Below the pieces are notes generated by a model. It saw only the letters and a list, made by a program, of their open reading frames with translations. It did not search any database and was not told where the DNA came from. Shown here one piece after another: positions 50,056-54,330 of a stretch of 54,330 nucleotides of DNA. The position numbers and the translations under genes are program-made. The stretch is from assembly GCA_018398765.1 (NCBI GenBank), contig JAHBMJ010000188.1:1-54330 (forward strand). Reading direction: 5' to 3'. The first letter of the stretch is position 1. Every line of letters starts with the position of its first letter. The DNA is from Chromera velia (taxonomy: Eukaryota).

Positions 50056-50520
50056 ATGCCTACACGTGACACACACACACACACACACACACTCATGCCT
50101 ACACGCACACGCATTCTTTCCATCTGGACGGGCGGTCAAAAGAAGAGATCCAACAAGTAGAGAGGGATTTTGCTTCTGTTTGTGTCATCGACTGAAAAAG
50201 GGAACCCCAGAAGAAGAAATCAAAAATAAAGGGAACCCCAGAAGAAGAAAGTGGCGAATGCTGAAAACGAACTCCTTGTGGAAGCTCCCTATGCGAAAGG
50301 AAATGAAAAGAAACGAACTCGTTCAGATGGAAAGAATGTGGAAGTGCAAGAGGGCAACCCTGCACTGGGCAGTGAAGGGCCGCAGGGTACGACTCAAGGC
50401 CTGGAGCTCTGGTACCCTTCCACTGAGAGCGCGCAAAAAGAAAAGAAGAAAACAGAAGAGAATGAAAGGAAGGCTCTGTTTGTTCGTCTGTGTCTGTCTG
50501 TCTGTGTCTGCTTGTTTGTG

Positions 50521-50568
<48 letters not shown>

Positions 50569-51633
50569 AACAAGACAACACAGAGAAAAGTGAAGAAGGT
50601 CAGGGAAGAAAGGTCCGGAGCTGTAGAGACAGCTAGAGAAAAATTCTGATGGTGCATGGCGAAGGCATGGAGTGACAGTGTCCCCCGTCACCCAAATGAA
50701 TCGGAATCAGCTGATTCGATCTCTTCTTTTTCTTTCTTGTGGATACTCCCTTTGTGCTCCTTTCCGACCTTACGCCCAATTGTGTAGAATCGAACCACAA
50801 TTTTAGAACCTCGATCAGACAGATTCGGCCTTCAAAAGCAACGTTCTCACAGACGCCCGACAAAGCTGTTCAGAAAAAACAAAAAAGAGGAAAGAACGCA
50901 GAACGATAACTCAAAGAAGAGACGCATGCAGGGAACGAATGAAGAGTGAGACATCAGTCGATCGTCCTTCCTCTCTGACCAGGGAGGGAGTTGTGCATGA
51001 GGCTGTATGTCCATGCACCGTTGCATGCGTCACAGGGTCAATTTCGGTGTGCCTTCCTGTTTGCGTGTGTCTATCGGTGTACCTCATACTTGTTTATCCC
51101 TCTCTATTCATTTAACCATCTGTCTATCCATCCACTCATCCATCAGTGCGTCTGTCTCTGTACCAGTCCAGATGTTCATCTGTCTGTGTTCCTCTCAATC
51201 AATCTGCCGTCTGTCCGGAAGAAGATACATAGTCTGTCCGGTGTGTCTCCTTGCAGCTTTTGCGCTCCGTCTCTGCGGGCGGCTCCTCATGGCACCACCG
51301 GGAGCTGGAGATGCGGGTCCATCTACTGGCCCTTCTTCTTCTTCGTCTCCTTCCTCAGGGTTCCCGAGTGCATCCTGGGACTGCCGGGCTGTCGAGAGGG
51401 CGGTGTGGGTGAGTGTTCGAGCCTCCTCTGTGGGTGAAGACTGTGGCCCTGGTCCCTCAGTGAGAGGAGCAAGCGGTTCAGAGGCAACTCTCTCCTCTGG
51501 AGGGGCTGCAGGGAGGGGGAAGGGGAAAAAAAGGGGTTCGGAGGCCGTCTCGGGAGATGGGAGTGAGCCGTCGAAGTCCTTGAAGACGAAAGGGAAAGGG
51601 AAGGGTCCTGTCGTTGAGATCGATGACGACTAG
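48048..51633 (+). CDS. Amun-like conserved protein with HhH (DNA-glycosylase-like) motif, 4 exons
   Basis: Exons 48048-48163, 48536-48588, 49079-49492, 51257-51633. Motifs: LAELDRW, KDELVKLMEWKLQRGKFRP, LTQMKAVGPATASAI, PFFSDE, YNLKEY, WDCRAVERAVW. Confidence 0.85.
49493..49797. repeat. (GTCG)/(TCTG)n tetranucleotide array beginning at the intron donor
   Basis: Seen directly. Confidence 0.95.
50374..50466 (+). repeat. Short dispersed repeat, copy 2, intronic
   Basis: Matches 26747-26858 and is followed by (TCTG)n. Confidence 0.75.
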
Positions 51634-52722
51634 GAAGACGAAGTTTCTGAATCACTGTCAATATCACAGAGATGGAGCATTGGCAGGAGCAAGATGGGAA
51701 GATCCAGACTGCTCATCTTGTTGACGGTGTTTATGCATGGAGAGGCCAGGCGGGCTGTCGCACATTTAAGCAGAAATACAGTTCCTAGAAAAAATCTTAC
51801 TTAATCAATTTTTATGATTCGTGCACTCTACTATTATATAGCTTTAGATTACACACAAGTTACTAGACAAGTTAGGTATAGCGTACGTACGCTCTTCCGT
51901 AGGCTCTTCCACTAAAACTTACAGTCATTTTATAAGGAATATTCAATTTATAATCAATATACAGATTGGCTCACGAGTGAAGTTAAAACAAAAAAAAATT
52001 CTCACCTAGATTCTCACATAATGACACATATTCAAAAAAATGCATTTTTGTCATGCCTTAGTGGCAGGCTATGTCCAGGGCCATCATCCGGGCCATACCA
52101 CATACAAAACCTAGTATAAAACTTGCATGCATAAAAATAAAACAAATGTAATATCATACTATGTATACGTATATTATATACACCGTCCACATAAGGGTTA
52201 CGATGGGGGTCTGTGAGGAAATTACGGATTACGATTTTTTCTGTTTAATACGGTTTTTCCGTAACTTGGCGCCAAAATTTTTTTTTACGCAAAAACCGTA
52301 TAATTCGGGCGTTGTAGGGCCAATATAGGGCCCCGGCATAGGAATCTCGTGCGGTTCTTCATGCATGCAGTGCATCTTGCATGCAATTCAAGGCGATAAA
52401 GAAGAATAATCATTCAATTATATGTATACACACATAAATGAATGATTGCATTCACTCTAAGACCGGTAAGCCAAAGGAGCGAACTAGAGAGCTAATTAAC
52501 CATTGTCAACTGATGAAGTGCGATTTTATTAAGCTGTTGTTAATCTTTTAACGCAGAAATCGCCGTGACTAGCACGCTGCACACATGCCTTCAGACAGAG
52601 AAAACGTGCTGGAAAGTTGAAACAGAGATAAACGGGAGAAGCATACTTGTATCTGCATGCCTGTGCCTGCCTGTTCGATCTTGTTTATAGCTGTGTATAT
52701 CAAGCTATTATCGTATATCAAG

Positions 52723-53226
52723 TAATGACTATGTTTGATTTGATTTGATTTGAGGTAGGGCTTAAGCTCAAATCAAATATCTAGTCAGGGAGGACTTAGT
52801 GTTTAAAGACCTATCAAATACGATCAAATATTTGATCAACATGACTTTCAACCTCAAATATGAAGGTCCCGAAAAAACTTTTGCAAGTACCGATCCGTCA
52901 CGCATACTGATTCAAATAAAAAATTTCAGAAAAAACCTAAATCTTGATGGTTTGCTCTAAAAAAAAAAACGTTTTGAGCTGCACTGAAATTGATGTTTCA
53001 CCCCCTTTTACTTCATGCAGAGGTAAACCGATCAGCTAAACGTTTTCCTGAACAGCTGTGTTAACTTTTCTGGTGCTGGAACATCTTTTACAGCCCCCTT
53101 TTTGAGCATCTGCAAACATTTTACACCCCGTAAAGACATGTCACACAATCCGACAGGGTCGAACAACTGGGCCTCCCCCTCTTTCTCTCTTTCTCTCTTT
53201 CTTTCTCTCTCTCTCTCTCTCTCTCC

Positions 53227-53282
<56 letters not shown>

Positions 53283-53297
53283 ATATCTGTGTGTGTA

Positions 53298-53374
<77 letters not shown>

Positions 53375-53389
53375 ATATCTGTGTGTGTA

Positions 53390-53459
<70 letters not shown>

Positions 53460-54330
53460 GCAAACGCATACGACTATCCGATGGTTGGGATTTCAGAACA
53501 ATCTGACGTGCCTCCCCCCGTTGGCTCAACGGAACTGGGCTGATAAGTTGGTGAAGGTGCATGAGAAGCAGATTGTCGCCTACGAAACGGATCTATGGGT
53601 GAGGTACCCCGCTTTTGACTGATTCACCACCGGAGACATGCTGTATGACTGGGATATTTTGGATGTGAACCACGAGAGATTGCAGCATGCCCCTGACCCC
53701 GAGTGTCGAAAGGCTGCGACCACATTCCCTGTCGGTGTGGAGCAGTTCCAGAAAGGTAAGAGAAAAGGCAACGGGGGGGCTGCTGATAATGCTGGAGGGG
53801 GGGCCGCTCCTGCAGGGCCCGGCGGGAGGACCAATTTGAAACCAAAGGAGGCGGCCGCAGATGTAAATGCTGAGAAGGCTGGGGGGAAACTTCCCCCTCC
53901 TGAGAAAGTCATCACTCTGGGTGAGGAAGGCTACCGACCTCTCTATATTCACCTCTAACACAAGGGGCTTGTTGTCGGCCCTGGCGCGGCACAGAGGGTA
54001 GCCGAACTTACCAACTCTGGATACTTAGCTGCCCAGAAACAGGACGGTTCCAACACCAACAGCAATAGCACGTGAAAATACAAGGAGCTGAGGGGGAAGG
54101 AGAAACTATTTGTGGCTGTGAGTATACAGCAGCGGCAACCAGTTCTTTTCAAACCCACCTCATCAATCAGTATGGCTTGACGATCACGTCTGACAAACAT
54201 ATGCAGCTGCTCCAAGAAAGACAGGAAAAGCGGTCGGAGGGGGCGGGGGGGACGAAGCAGCCTGACGTGTGAACGTTTTTCCCCACCAAAGATGAAGCAG
54301 AAGCCGTGGTCGCACCATATGCAGAGACGC
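52723..54330 (+). mobile_element. hAT transposon copy 2 (runs off the right edge), interrupted by 907 bp of foreign sequence
   Basis: 52723-53164 aligns to 4799-5241 and 54072-54330 aligns to 5329-5587 at ~95% identity. The transposase remnant has gained a CGA>TGA stop. Confidence 0.92.
53165..54071 (+). pseudogene. Captured or filler fragment: (CT)n(GT)n tract plus a decayed coding segment
   Basis: LAQRNWADKLVKVHEKQIVAYETDLWVRYPAFD*FTTGDMLYDWDILDVNHERL... reads in one frame across a TGA at 53620-53622. The segment is absent from hAT copy 1. Confidence 0.55.

Noticed and set aside
52511..52560. CTGATGA...GAAA as a hammerhead ribozyme core (also minus-strand CTGATGA at ~42047)
   Set aside because: Stem II does not close properly at 52.5 kb, and GAAA is missing at 42 kb.
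1..54330. tRNA, rRNA, or prokaryotic operon/defence systems
   Set aside because: None recognised. The sequence is spliceosomal-intron eukaryotic DNA.

Overview
Intron-rich eukaryotic nuclear DNA. The GT-AG introns full of (CT)n/(GT)n/(TCTG)n, bipartite and tripartite plastid-targeting leaders and TGCATG-rich promoters suggest a photosynthetic alveolate such as the chromerid Chromera (inference). I could build spliced models by hand for Vps2/CHMP2, RIO2, a plastid YqgF/RuvX, a ~1,900-aa plastid-targeted orphan, CCDC130/YJU2B, an intronless thylakoid single-pass protein, an alpha/beta-hydrolase lacking its catalytic Ser, an Amun-like HhH protein, and a partial gene at the left edge. Eight of these nine genes form four head-to-head pairs. 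The AT-rich intergenic blocks hold nested DNA transposons (hAT with 8-bp TSDs, other TIR elements), a 5'-truncated LINE flanked by a 197-bp duplication, and an intronless tandem NUMOD4-HNH pseudogene with a mitochondrial-type presequence. The most striking signal is that paired repeat copies differ almost only by transitions concentrated at CpA/TpG and CpG, a RIP-like or methylation-driven hypermutation signature. All family assignments come from motif recognition by eye; no database searches were run.
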